From positions 103,167 through 167,166 of the forward strand of contig CADANC010000002.1 of NCBI GenBank assembly GCA_902789225.1: a DNA stretch of 64,000 bases. The letters run 5' to 3'. Of this stretch, positions 1 to 10,183 are shown piece by piece. The notes under the pieces were generated by a model, which made no database searches, was not told where the DNA came from, and worked only from the letters and a program-made list of their open reading frames with translations. A program made the translations under genes and the position numbers. The stretch's first letter is position 1. Each line of letters starts with the position of its first letter. This stretch comes from an uncultured Erysipelotrichaceae bacterium. Lineage in GTDB: Bacteria > Bacillota_I > Bacilli_A > RF39 > UBA660.

Positions 1-570
1 TCCACGACGCTTATTAATATCTTCTAATACTTTCATTATTTCCATACTTTTCTCTGGATCTAAGTTTCCTGTTGGCTCATCGCAAAGTAATAATTTTGGA
101 TCATTTACTATTGCTCTTGCAATTGCTACTCTCTGCTGTTCTCCACCTGATAATTGATCCGGATAATTATGTATTTTGTTTTTTAATCCTACATCTTCTA
201 AAGCTACTAGAACTTTCTTTCTTATTTCATCATGAGGTGCTCCAATAACTTCTAATGCAAAAGCTACATTTTCGTAAACTGTTTGCTTTGGTAATAATCT
301 ATAATCTTGAAATACAATACCTAATTTTCTTCTAAGCTTGTATACTTTTCTATCTCTTAATTTAGCAACATTTAATCCACCAACAATTATTTGTCCTTTC
401 GTTGGTTTTTCTTCTCTATATAACATTTTAATTAGAGTTGATTTTCCTGATCCTGATCCTCCAATTACAAATGTAAAAGATCCTTTTTCTATTGCTAAAG
501 ACAAATTATATATGGCTGTTACTCCATTGCTATATTTCTTTTCGACATTCTTTAGTCGAATTAGGTCCAT
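1..570 (-). CDS. ftsE: Cell division ATP-binding protein FtsE (3' end outside the window)
   Basis: Not in the ORF track; read manually from ATG at 570: MDLIRLKNVEKKYSNG...GGSGSGKSTLIK...GIVFQDYRLLP...LSGGEQQRVAIARA...LCDEPTGNLDP. Follows prfB as in Bacilli. Confidence 0.9.
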   Translation of the reverse strand, partial: MDLIRLKNVEKKYSNGVTAIYNLSLAIEKGSFTFVIGGSGSGKSTLIKMLYREEKPTKGQIIVGGLNVAKLRDRKVYKLRRKLGIVFQDYRLLPKQTVYENVAFALEVIGAPHDEIRKKVLVALEDVGLKNKIHNYPDQLSGGEQQRVAIARAIVNDPKLLLCDEPTGNLDPEKSMEIMKVLEDINKRRG

Positions 571-656
571 ATAATCACCTACCTTTGTATATATTATTTT
601 ATCATACTTTTATTAAGATTTAAACAAGTCGACACTTTTGTTGCTTTCTTTTACAA

Positions 657-1758
657 TTAATTAATATTATTTTTTAAATTACTTTCTATAAAATCATCTA
701 GATCTCCATCTAATACTTTATTAACATTAGATGTTTCTGTTCCTGTTCTATGGTCTTTGACCATAGAATATGGATGCATTACATAACTTCTTATTTGAGA
801 ACCAAATTCTATGTTAGATTGAATTCCTTTAATAGCATTCAATTCTTTTTCTTCTTCTTCCAATTTTAGTAGTAATAGTTTACTTTTTAGAACTTTAATA
901 GCTTCTTCTTTGTTTTGAATTTGACTTCTTTCATTTTGGCAAGTTACTACTATCTTTGTTGGTAAATGTGTAATTCTTACTGCTGAGTCTGTTGTATTTA
1001 CTCCTTGTCCTCCTGCTCCAGTTGATCTATAAACATCTATCTTTAAGTCTTTTTCGTCTATTTCAATATTATTATCTCTTTCTATTTCAGGTGTTACTTC
1101 TACTGCTGCGAATGAAGTATGTCTTCTATTATTAGAATCAAATGGAGATAATCTTACTAGTCTATGTACTCCCTTTTCGTTTTTTAAATATCCATAAGCA
1201 TAATTACCTTTTACTCTAAATGATACACTTTTAATTCCTGCTTCATCTCCAGCTTGATAGTCAAGTACTTCAATTTTATATCCTTTTTTCTCACAATATC
1301 TTAGATACATTCTATAAATCATATCTGCCCAGTCACAAGCCTCCGTTCCACCTGCTCCTGAATGAATATCTAGAATACAGTCATTTGTATCATATGGGCC
1401 ATTTAACAATAATAATGTACTTATATTTTCTACATCTTTATTTATCTTTTCGATGTTTTTTTCTATTTCTTCTTCTGTATTAGGATCATCTTCTATTTCT
1501 AAGATGTCCATTAAATCATTATTATCTTCTATTTCTTTTTTTATATCTTCTATGGATTTGACTAATTCTTTTTTACCATTTAGTTTTTTTATTACTTTTT
1601 CAGATGTTTCTCTGTCATTCCAAAAATCTTCTTTTTCAGTTTCTTTTTGTAATTTTTCTATTTCTTCTTTTATTTTTGGAACGTCAAAGTCTCCTCCATA
1701 AATTATCTATTTCATTATAATTCTTTTCTAAAGCTTCTTTTATTTCTCTTCTTTCCAT
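657..1758 (-). CDS. prfB: Peptide chain release factor 2 with programmed +1 frameshift (24 codons 1758-1687, then 1685-657; ~366 aa)
   Basis: SPF anticodon-mimic and GGQ motifs. The upstream frame MERREIKEALEKNYNEIDNLWRRL ends at CTT TGA C, preceded by an internal SD-like GGAGG. Confidence 0.95.
1683..1697 (-). promoter_or_regulatory. prfB +1 ribosomal frameshift site (GGAGGAGA-CTTTGAC)
   Basis: Canonical RF2 autoregulatory slippery site with upstream SD-like sequence. Confidence 0.93.
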
Positions 1759-1833
1759 ATAGTCTCCTTATAGTTTGCTTTCTGTAATATTATATTATAA
1801 TCTTTTTGAAATTAAAAGAGAACTTGGAGTTCT

Positions 1834-2283
1834 CTATTTTGCACATCTTCCTTTATGTAATTCACCATATCCTTTTGTTTCTTCGATTTTTTTGTTCTCT
1901 GCTATGGCTTCAGCTAGTATTTCAAATTGTTTTTTATAATCTGGATCTTCAAACCAACCATTTGGATATAAATCATGATTATCATCTGTAGGTTCTCTAT
2001 TAAATTTATCTAAATACATTAATTCTAACATAACATAATCAAATTGTTCTTGAGATATTTCTTCTTCAACTTCTTCTGGATTTTCTTCCTTAGATTCTTC
2101 TGGAATTTCATCTAATTTATATTTTTCTCTTAAATCTTCTGGAAGTTCTTTTATTCTTTCTTCATATCCTTTTTCTAATTCTTTTTTTAGTTCTTCATTC
2201 TTTCCTTCAAGTTCTTTTGCAAGTGTACTAAAATGATCTATTGCTTCTTTATATCCTTCTTCAGTAAATGGTTTATTGTCCAT
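1834..2283 (-). CDS. Acidic hypothetical protein at the distal end of the T7SS cluster
   Basis: 149-aa ORF with GAGGTG SD, co-oriented with the T7SS genes; no family recognised. Confidence 0.7.
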   Translation of the reverse strand: MDNKPFTEEGYKEAIDHFSTLAKELEGKNEELKKELEKGYEERIKELPEDLREKYKLDEIPEESKEENPEEVEEEISQEQFDYVMLELMYLDKFNREPTDDNHDLYPNGWFEDPDYKKQFEILAEAIAENKKIEETKGYGELHKGRCAK

Positions 2284-2326
2284 TGTTAATCACCTCTTTA
2301 ATAAAATTATCAAATGTGATATTTTT

Positions 2327-2575
2327 CTAACTATTTATTTTTTCATCAAGTCTAGGGATTATAGTATTATTAATAACATTTGAAGCAGATTCTAGATATC
2401 TTTGTGCATCATCTATTTTGCTTGCTCCTACTCCTAAACCATTAACGTTTAATGTATTTTCATTTAGAGTTCTCAAATTATCTAAGTGACTTTCTAAAAT
2501 TTCAATTTCATCATAAATAGTTCTTAATCTATCTACTATTTTTTCATATCTTATCTTCTTTTCTTCGTCTTCCAT
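2327..2575 (-). CDS. Small helical-hairpin protein, WXG100-like/Lap-like T7SS accessory candidate
   Basis: 82 aa, two predicted amphipathic helices around LNVNG; start overlaps the stop of the upstream 299-aa gene. Confidence 0.55.
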   Translation of the reverse strand: MEDEEKKIRYEKIVDRLRTIYDEIEILESHLDNLRTLNENTLNVNGLGVGASKIDDAQRYLESASNVINNTIIPRLDEKINS

Positions 2576-3474
2576 TATTTATCTTCTCCATTGCTATTAT
2601 CTTTTTTATCTTTAAATTGTTTCTTTATAATTGTTGTCATAGATTCATATTTAAGCATTTGACTTTCAAGTTCTTGAATATATCTTTCTCTATTTTTCTT
2701 TAATACATCTACGTTTTTCCTTAATTCTTGACAATCTGCTTTAAAGACTGGAACATTAGGTGATGTATATCCGTTAGATATTTCATTATACTTAGTAAAT
2801 ATTGAAGTTAAATCTTTATTTTCTTCATCTTTATATAAATCTATATTTCTAATATCAGCAGATAGTAAATCTGAAGCAACATAATTATCAGTTGTTACTG
2901 CATTTTTTTCCAATTCTACAGCATTGAATTCATATTCTGGAATTACGAAAGGTTCTAACTCATCAATTCTTGATTTAATATCTTCTTCATATTCAGATAT
3001 TTTTTGGAATTTTTCTGTTAATTTTTCTTTTAAACTTCTTAATTTTGATCTAGCGTCTGATACCTTTGCTTTTTGATTTAAAATCATAAAGTATTCAGAA
3101 TAGTAAAAAGAATTATCTATTCTATTGAACTCATTAATTATAGAAGTACATTCTGAAATACAATTGTTTAATGTATTAATTAAAGATTCTTTTTGTTCTA
3201 ATACACAGTTAATCTTTTTTCCTATATTACTATATAAATCAGTTGTATAAGAAAATATATCTTGTCTTAGTTTTAACTCACTTAAAAAATTCTGAGAATA
3301 GCTATTTTCAGTTATCATTGTTTCATCGAAAGCTATTGAGACTGGGTCATGCCAATCATTTGTAGCATCTTTTAATTTACTATATAAATTTATTATTGTA
3401 TCTTCATATGAATCTATATATGAAGTTATTTCATTTGAAGTTTTATTTAATTGCTCTATATCTATGCTAATCAT
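2575..3474 (-). CDS. WXG100-like protein, possibly three tandem ~100-aa helical-hairpin units
   Basis: N-terminus MISIDIEQLNKTSNEI...NDWHDPVSIAF resembles the WXG100 pattern (I-x-I-D start, central W-x-D/G turn); T7SS context. Confidence 0.6.
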   Translation of the reverse strand: MISIDIEQLNKTSNEITSYIDSYEDTIINLYSKLKDATNDWHDPVSIAFDETMITENSYSQNFLSELKLRQDIFSYTTDLYSNIGKKINCVLEQKESLINTLNNCISECTSIINEFNRIDNSFYYSEYFMILNQKAKVSDARSKLRSLKEKLTEKFQKISEYEEDIKSRIDELEPFVIPEYEFNAVELEKNAVTTDNYVASDLLSADIRNIDLYKDEENKDLTSIFTKYNEISNGYTSPNVPVFKADCQELRKNVDVLKKNRERYIQELESQMLKYESMTTIIKKQFKDKKDNSNGEDK

Positions 3475-3526
3475 AATTTACTCCTTTCCTTTTAAAATAT
3501 GACAATTATTATTATCATATTTTAAA

Positions 3527-3552
3527 AAGAAAAAAGTATTGTCTTTTTTCTT
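3527..3552 (-). terminator. Likely intrinsic terminator after the 253-aa WXG100-like gene
   Basis: Inverted repeat aagaaaaaag...cttttttctt with A/T tails. Confidence 0.55.
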
Positions 3553-3577
3553 ATTTTTAGCATTATAAAGCTTAGGC

Positions 3578-4339
3578 TTAAGCAGCTCCGCCGCTTCCGT
3601 CTCCACTTTCTTCAAATGTAGCGTTGTTGTATGCAAGAGCAATGTTAGAAGCAACTTCACCGTATTTAGCCATAGCAGCATTAAATGCACTTTGTAAACT
3701 ATCTTCACCTTGAGATAACCATTTAAAGATTGTAGAAATAGCTTCTAATAATCTTTCAAAGCATCCTTCGATAGCGTCAGCTTGTCCTCCACCGATGAAT
3801 GAAGTAGCTGCATCTAATTTGTCTTTTTCAGCAGTCATTTTTGCTTTAATATCTTCTTGAACTTGTGATAAGTTATCACTTACTGCTTTAACTCCAGCAT
3901 CATCTAAAACAACGTTTCCTGATCCATCTTGAGCTTCAATTGCTGAAACATCTAAATCAAGATCGATTTGTTTAAATTCAGGAAGTGTTATATCTCCTGT
4001 GCTTTCTGTTCCAGTTCCTGAAGTATTATTGAACCAGGTTTGTCCTGCTGATTCAATATCCTTACGGAATCCATCAAAACAATTGAATATTGTTTCTGAT
4101 GTTGATTTTACTACTTCTTTAAGACTGTTTCCATCAGCATCTCCACCACCTTCTTTTGTATCAGAACCAAAGAACTTGCAAGCTTCTGGTGCATACCATG
4201 CAGTACTAATTGGAGTTACTATTTCTTCCTTTAGTGTTTCTACAATACCATCAACGCAATTTTCATATGCTTCTGAAATTGGTGTACTTAAATCAGCTAC
4301 ATTCTGTGGGTTATAACCGTGTAATCCGTCATCTGCCAT
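3578..4339 (-). CDS. Tandem (fused) WXG100/EsxA-like secreted protein candidate
   Basis: Two ~100-aa halves with central turns STAWYAPEA and SFIGGGQAD; directly downstream of esaB; strong AAGGAGG SD. Confidence 0.65.
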   Translation of the reverse strand: MADDGLHGYNPQNVADLSTPISEAYENCVDGIVETLKEEIVTPISTAWYAPEACKFFGSDTKEGGGDADGNSLKEVVKSTSETIFNCFDGFRKDIESAGQTWFNNTSGTGTESTGDITLPEFKQIDLDLDVSAIEAQDGSGNVVLDDAGVKAVSDNLSQVQEDIKAKMTAEKDKLDAATSFIGGGQADAIEGCFERLLEAISTIFKWLSQGEDSLQSAFNAAMAKYGEVASNIALAYNNATFEESGDGSGGAA

Positions 4340-4442
4340 ATTTTTAAATTCCTCCTTACTTTGATACCTTTGTATCTAATTATATGATATCATTTTTTTT
4401 TATAATTTTTAGTTTTTTTCTTTTTTTTTACATTTTTTTACA

Positions 4443-4703
4443 TTATTTTGCTGATAACAGTAATATTTCAGTTCCATTTTCAATATCAGTGTTTGATATT
4501 TGGATATTATTTTGGTAGATTTCCAATGTATTTTTGTTTATTAATATATAATTTTTACTTGTATCCAACGATTTTAAAGTTAGATCACTTACTGATTTTA
4601 CTAGCATTTTTTTTACTTTCCATAATATTTCATTGATCGGTATAAATATGTCAAAGCATTCATCTATTTCTGGAATTATTAATTTTATTAATACTTTATT
4701 CAT
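4443..4703 (-). CDS. esaB: EsaB/YukD-like ubiquitin-fold T7SS protein
   Basis: 86 aa, FDIFIP...WKVKKML...IENGTEILLL ubiquitin-like pattern; overlaps the essC stop. Confidence 0.8.
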   Translation of the reverse strand: MNKVLIKLIIPEIDECFDIFIPINEILWKVKKMLVKSVSDLTLKSLDTSKNYILINKNTLEIYQNNIQISNTDIENGTEILLLSAK

Positions 4704-7700
4704 CAATTTCTTCTCCTTCTTCGCCTTCTTCTACTGCTGTACTGTCATTCCTATGAAAATCTATAAATTTTAGACGAAAAGCATCTGATTCTTTTAAATA
4801 ATAACCATATTCTGTTCTGATATTTTCACTCATTTCTTTTGTTACCTTATTTACTCTAAATGTTGATTGATTTCCAAAACCTTTTCCTATCCAAATTCCA
4901 TCAGTAGCATTTTTTATAGACATAAACCATTGAGCTGTATCTGAGAATTTAATACCTTTAAATCCATCAATTACAATTAGATTACTATTGTCGCTCTTTT
5001 TAATTGAACTTGCTAATGCTTCAATATTTTCTTTTTTATCTAGCTTGTTAATAAATTTCTCAATTCCAAAGATGATATAAACTATGTTTAATTCTGGAGT
5101 TTGAGTAATTTTGTTTTCTACATCAACTAGATTTTTTACATTTGCTTCAAAGTTTTCATTAATATATGAAATTCCTTCTCTATTTGCCTCTGAAAATTCT
5201 TTTGTTCCATCTATAAATACTATTGTTAAATTTTTTATTTGTGTTAATACATCTAGCAATGATAAAACAAAATTCTTTGTGTAATCAATAGTATTTGCTG
5301 TTATTAATGTTGTTGCATATTCATTGAAATTAAATAGTACTGGATTAAGACTATCTCTAGCAATTCCTATAGGTACATTTGAAATCTTATCAATCTTATC
5401 TTTTATCATGTCCATAGTAACAACTTCTGGTAATTCAGGTATTGGAGTAGCTTTCTCAGGCATTTTTTCAATTGTTTCTTTAGTAAATTGATCTAATAAT
5501 TCACTTTCACTATGATCTTCATCTACTAAAGAGGCAGTTTGAAATTCGTGAATTCCACCATTGTATGCTAAACCTCTTCCAAAAATATCTCTAGGTTTAT
5601 TTTTTACTCTAACTCCGAATACTGTTGTATAGTCTGCTTTATCATTTAGTTTTAATACATATTTGTTTTTCATAGCTTGAGAAGCTCTTCTACTAACTGA
5701 TGCAAATGAAGTACAAGTTATTATCATTATTATTCCGTATCTTTCACAGTCTCTTACAATAGGTGTTATCAATGTTGATAAGTCTCTTGTAGCTTCAGTT
5801 ACTCCTTCATAGTTGTTGATAATTACTACCATTTGTTTTAATTTTTTTTCGTTTTTATTATTATAATTTTCAATTGATCCACCATAATCAGTCAACAATT
5901 TTTTTCTTTCTTTAATTGTTGTTCTGATTAATTTGAAAAGATTATTAAATCTTTCATCTTCTCCTATAAAGACCATTCCACCTATTTGAGGTAAGTTACT
6001 AAACATACGAAGTTCTTCTGATCCATAATCAATAATATATAAATTAACTTCTGAAGAATCATGATATTTACATATTGAATATAATATTGTGTTTAGAAGT
6101 TTTTCATTTTCAGGCATTTCGTTTCCGATGATCATTGTATTACCATCTTCTTTTAATGAATATGTTAATATACCTTGTTCTTGAATTTCAGGAGCGTCAT
6201 ATTCACCTATTATTGCTTTTACATCATATTTTTCATCCTGAACATTATATTTTTCATGTAATGAATCATTTGTAATTATTGGGTCAATGTTATTAAGCCA
6301 TAATCTTCTTGCTTTTTTGTTCTCTTTATTAGATACTTCTATAATACTTTTTAATATTGCTGATATTTGTTCGCCTTGTTCTTCAACTTTGTTATTATTG
6401 TTTCCTGATTGAATACTTTTAATGAAAGCTCCTGTATCATCAATAAAGTTAACACTTCTATCAACTTGTTTAATTATTTTTTCTGAAGGATAATACTTAG
6501 CTCCGCACCATGCAGATTGTCCTAAGGCAAAATACTCATCATAACCAACTTGTAGATAGAATCTACCTGTTTGTTTTAATGATGCTGCATCTGGTCTTTT
6601 TAACATTTCTCTTGAATCTGATGCATCTTGAACTTTTAAACATACTCTAAATTTTGTATTAGACCAAATTTGTTCATTAACAACTCCTGATGGTTTTTGA
6701 GTAGCTAGAATCAAGTGAACTCCAAGTGAACGTCCGATACGGGCAACACTTATTAGGTTAGACATAAACTCTGGTTGTTGAGATTTTAATTCGGCAAACT
6801 CGTCGCAGATTATAAATAAATGTGGTACTGGTTCTGTTAGTTTTCCTTCTTTGTAGAATCCTTGATATTTATAGATATCAATTGTACTTTCATTTAATTG
6901 ATCTCTTGCTTCATTAAATATTTTTTGTCTTCTTTTTACTTCACTATCTATACTTACTAAAGTTCTATCCATTTCAGCTTTGTCTAAGTTTGTAATAGTT
7001 CCTGCTAGATGTGGAAGATAAACATTTGTAACTTTGTTTTCAAAAGCTCCAGCTAAACCTCCACCTTTGTAGTCTATTAATATAAAGGCTACATCTTCAG
7101 GACTATAATTAATTGCCATAGATAAAATATATGTAATTATAAATTCAGATTTACCTGAACCAGTCATACCTGCAATAAGTCCGTGTGGTCCATGATATTT
7201 TTCATGCAAGTCTAAATACATTAAATTTCCATCTGCGTCTAATCCAACTTCTGCTTTTAAACTTTGAGTTGAATCATTTTGGTTCCATCTATTTAAAATA
7301 TTCAATTGTTCAACTTTTCCTACTTTTTCCATTTCTAAGAATGTTACCGCATCAGGTAATTGTGTATTTCCTTCTTGGAATTCAATAGGTATATTTGATA
7401 ATTTTTTACTTATAGACATCATGTTAATTGTATAATTGATTTCATCCATAAATGTTAATTGTTCTTGTCTTTCAAAAGAATTCTTAAGTACTCCTGAAGC
7501 ATTCTCACCTAGTGAGATAAAGTTATTACATTTACTTGGTAAATTAGTTAAAGATTTTTCAATTATTACAAAACTAAATCCTAAAGGAGCATCTGCTTCT
7601 GTAGCATTTTTTATAAATTCCAATCTTTTTAACTCACTATAATTATCAATAAATATTAAATAGTATGGTTTAAATAGTGGAACACTACTACCACCTTCTC

Positions 7701-9288
7701 CGACATATGAATATCTAAGTTGGAATTCGGCTTCTAAATATTCTGATACCCTTTTTGCAGATTCAGGATTAGATGAGAAAAATCTAAATGATTTTTCGTT
7801 ATTAAAATTATGATTTAAATATTTTATATAATCCCATTTATCTTCATTTTCTTTTGTTGTAAAGACTACTATTTTTAAATCTTCATAACTACAGAATGTA
7901 AGTATCTGAGTAATGATATTATCTATAAATGGATATATCTTATTTTGATAACCCATAATTGCAGTTATTCTATTTTCAGTGAATGAATAACCTATAGGAA
8001 CACTTGGAATATATTTATAATCAGCTACCATTTGATCAGCTAATTTTTTTAATTCATCTTCATCTATTGTAAATCCTTCTTCTGGATAATTTACTTTTGC
8101 ATCTAATAATTCATTTCCTACTCCAATTCTTACTGTTAAGAAATCTTTTTGTTCTAATCTTCTATCCCAGAAATTCAATTTTGCTGTATTTATTATACTT
8201 AAACACTCTTTTATTGTTATTAAGTTTTCTAATAATATTTCTTTTTGTAAAGATCTCTCTGCTTCTAATTCTTGTCTTTTTGTATTTAAGTAAGTAGTAT
8301 ACTTTTCAATTAATCTTTTTCTTTCTCTTTTAAGTCTCTTTTTATTATATTTTTTAGTTAGTGTTGGCCATAATATCATACTCATTATCATTACTGCTGA
8401 CATGATAAGTTGTGGTAAGACACTTTCTAAATCTCCTGTACCATCAATTAACTTGCTTAATCCTCTATATAACATTGTACCTGACATAACACCCATAGTT
8501 AGCATTGGTCCAATAGTTAATATAAAAGGTAAATCTTCTTTTTTATCTGATTTTGGAGGTGGACTTAATAGTATTTCTTTTGTTGTTATAGTTCTTTTTA
8601 ATCTTGGTGTCTTAGTGAAATAGTCTTCTTTATCATACAAATTTACATCTTTTAATTCTATATCTTGGTAATCCTGTTCTTGATTAAGTCCATATTCGCT
8701 TATAGACATAGTATTTATACTTACCATATTATTTGGGTTATTTATTAAGATTAATTCTTTCAAAAAGATCATCTTAAAACCAAATATATTTATTTGATCA
8801 CCATTTTTTATGTAATATTCATTTAATTCTAATATCTTTTTATTTATATATATTACTGATGATTTGCTTTTTTCTAGTATTATTTGTCCATTTTTATTAT
8901 ATATTTTTATAGGACTATCAAGATAATCAAAATTATAAATAATTGAGCAATCACTACTATTACCGATGGTTAAGTCTATATTTGCATCATATGAGTATGC
9001 TTTAAAACTGTTATCGAATATATCTGATATATATATTAGGTAATTAATTTCATCTCTTCTTAATACATAGTAATTATTTGGAGTAATTGGAACCTCTTCT
9101 TCTAATTGATTACCATTTAAAACTGAAACATCACTAGTAGAATATAATACCCATTTTCCATCTCTAGCTTCTATATTTATTAACTTTGTATCAGTATTAT
9201 CATTTTCGTCAAAACTAAAACTACCAAAAACTTCTTTTGGTAGATTGAATGATACTATTTGATTAATTAAGAATAAATATATTTTCAT
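4696..9288 (-). CDS. essC: Type VII secretion FtsK/SpoIIIE ATPase EssC
   Basis: 1530 aa: FHA-like N-terminus, two TM helices, LDLHEKYHGPHGLIAGMTGSGKSE Walker A, IDYKGGG, DEFAELK, RIGRSLGVHLILATQKP, then two degenerate ATPase domains. Confidence 0.95.
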   Translation of the reverse strand: MKIYLFLINQIVSFNLPKEVFGSFSFDENDNTDTKLINIEARDGKWVLYSTSDVSVLNGNQLEEEVPITPNNYYVLRRDEINYLIYISDIFDNSFKAYSYDANIDLTIGNSSDCSIIYNFDYLDSPIKIYNKNGQIILEKSKSSVIYINKKILELNEYYIKNGDQINIFGFKMIFLKELILINNPNNMVSINTMSISEYGLNQEQDYQDIELKDVNLYDKEDYFTKTPRLKRTITTKEILLSPPPKSDKKEDLPFILTIGPMLTMGVMSGTMLYRGLSKLIDGTGDLESVLPQLIMSAVMIMSMILWPTLTKKYNKKRLKRERKRLIEKYTTYLNTKRQELEAERSLQKEILLENLITIKECLSIINTAKLNFWDRRLEQKDFLTVRIGVGNELLDAKVNYPEEGFTIDEDELKKLADQMVADYKYIPSVPIGYSFTENRITAIMGYQNKIYPFIDNIITQILTFCSYEDLKIVVFTTKENEDKWDYIKYLNHNFNNEKSFRFFSSNPESAKRVSEYLEAEFQLRYSYVGEGGSSVPLFKPYYLIFIDNYSELKRLEFIKNATEADAPLGFSFVIIEKSLTNLPSKCNNFISLGENASGVLKNSFERQEQLTFMDEINYTINMMSISKKLSNIPIEFQEGNTQLPDAVTFLEMEKVGKVEQLNILNRWNQNDSTQSLKAEVGLDADGNLMYLDLHEKYHGPHGLIAGMTGSGKSEFIITYILSMAINYSPEDVAFILIDYKGGGLAGAFENKVTNVYLPHLAGTITNLDKAEMDRTLVSIDSEVKRRQKIFNEARDQLNESTIDIYKYQGFYKEGKLTEPVPHLFIICDEFAELKSQQPEFMSNLISVARIGRSLGVHLILATQKPSGVVNEQIWSNTKFRVCLKVQDASDSREMLKRPDAASLKQTGRFYLQVGYDEYFALGQSAWCGAKYYPSEKIIKQVDRSVNFIDDTGAFIKSIQSGNNNNKVEEQGEQISAILKSIIEVSNKENKKARRLWLNNIDPIITNDSLHEKYNVQDEKYDVKAIIGEYDAPEIQEQGILTYSLKEDGNTMIIGNEMPENEKLLNTILYSICKYHDSSEVNLYIIDYGSEELRMFSNLPQIGGMVFIGEDERFNNLFKLIRTTIKERKKLLTDYGGSIENYNNKNEKKLKQMVVIINNYEGVTEATRDLSTLITPIVRDCERYGIIMIITCTSFASVSRRASQAMKNKYVLKLNDKADYTTVFGVRVKNKPRDIFGRGLAYNGGIHEFQTASLVDEDHSESELLDQFTKETIEKMPEKATPIPELPEVVTMDMIKDKIDKISNVPIGIARDSLNPVLFNFNEYATTLITANTIDYTKNFVLSLLDVLTQIKNLTIVFIDGTKEFSEANREGISYINENFEANVKNLVDVENKITQTPELNIVYIIFGIEKFINKLDKKENIEALASSIKKSDNSNLIVIDGFKGIKFSDTAQWFMSIKNATDGIWIGKGFGNQSTFRVNKVTKEMSENIRTEYGYYLKESDAFRLKFIDFHRNDSTAVEEGEEGEEIDE

Positions 9289-9349
9289 AGCAACACCCTC
9301 TATTTACCTATTATGATTATAACATAAATGGCTTAAAAAAAAAGATATA

Positions 9350-10183
9350 TTACTTTTTAAATATATCTTTTTTTTCTTTTTCTGTTGTTTTTTCTTGGTA
9401 TATTGTTTGAAAACTATCGACTATATCAATCAATTCCTCAGTTAGATATCTGTTTTTGTACTCCATATATTCTTCTGGGACACCATAGTATGCTTCGGCT
9501 ATTCCACCTGTCATGCAAGCTAAAGTATCAGCATCTCCTCCAAGTGATATTACATTTCTTATACTATCTTCAAAATCTTCTCCTTCTAAGAACGCTTTTA
9601 TTGCATAAGGAACTGATCCTTGGCATGTTATATCATATTGATATTTTCTATAGATATCTTTAATATTGAAATCCAAGTTATAATATTTATTTTCAATATA
9701 TTCTCTTATTGTTTCTTTATCTTCATGAGTGCGTGCTAAGTATATAGCTGCTGCTATAGCTTGTGCACCTTTAATACCTTCAGGATGATTGTGAGTTACT
9801 TCTGCCTGTGCCTTAGCTAATTCCTCAGCTTCTTCTAAACTATTAGCAATATAGGCAACACTGGATGTTCTCATAGCTGATCCATTTCCAAAACTATTAT
9901 ATGGTTCATGAATATCTGACATAAGCCATTTATAGAATGACGTCCCATAACCTGCTTTTGGATATTTTCTTCCGAGTTCAACCATATTATTTATGACATT
10001 TAATTTGAATAAAGGTATTGATCTATTATCAGTATAATCAATCGATGCTTTAGCAACTGCACATGTCATTACTGTGTCGTCTGTAAAAAAACATTTATCT
10101 TTAAAAAATTTAAAGTTTTTTTGTTTTATTGTATGAAATTCATAAACAGAACCAACAATATCTCCTATTATAGATCCGTTCAT
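9350..10183 (-). CDS. ADP-ribosylglycohydrolase (ARH/DraG family), candidate immunity protein
   Basis: GSIIGDIVGS, FTDDT, SFGNGSAMR, THNHPEG and GGDADT motifs. Confidence 0.92.
   Translation of the reverse strand: MNGSIIGDIVGSVYEFHTIKQKNFKFFKDKCFFTDDTVMTCAVAKASIDYTDNRSIPLFKLNVINNMVELGRKYPKAGYGTSFYKWLMSDIHEPYNSFGNGSAMRTSSVAYIANSLEEAEELAKAQAEVTHNHPEGIKGAQAIAAAIYLARTHEDKETIREYIENKYYNLDFNIKDIYRKYQYDITCQGSVPYAIKAFLEGEDFEDSIRNVISLGGDADTLACMTGGIAEAYYGVPEEYMEYKNRYLTEELIDIVDSFQTIYQEKTTEKEKKDIFKK

Noticed and set aside
3478-3708. 76-aa minus-strand ORF overlapping the end of the WXG100-like gene
   Set aside because: Out-of-frame overlap that runs through a terminator; no SD or recognisable motif.
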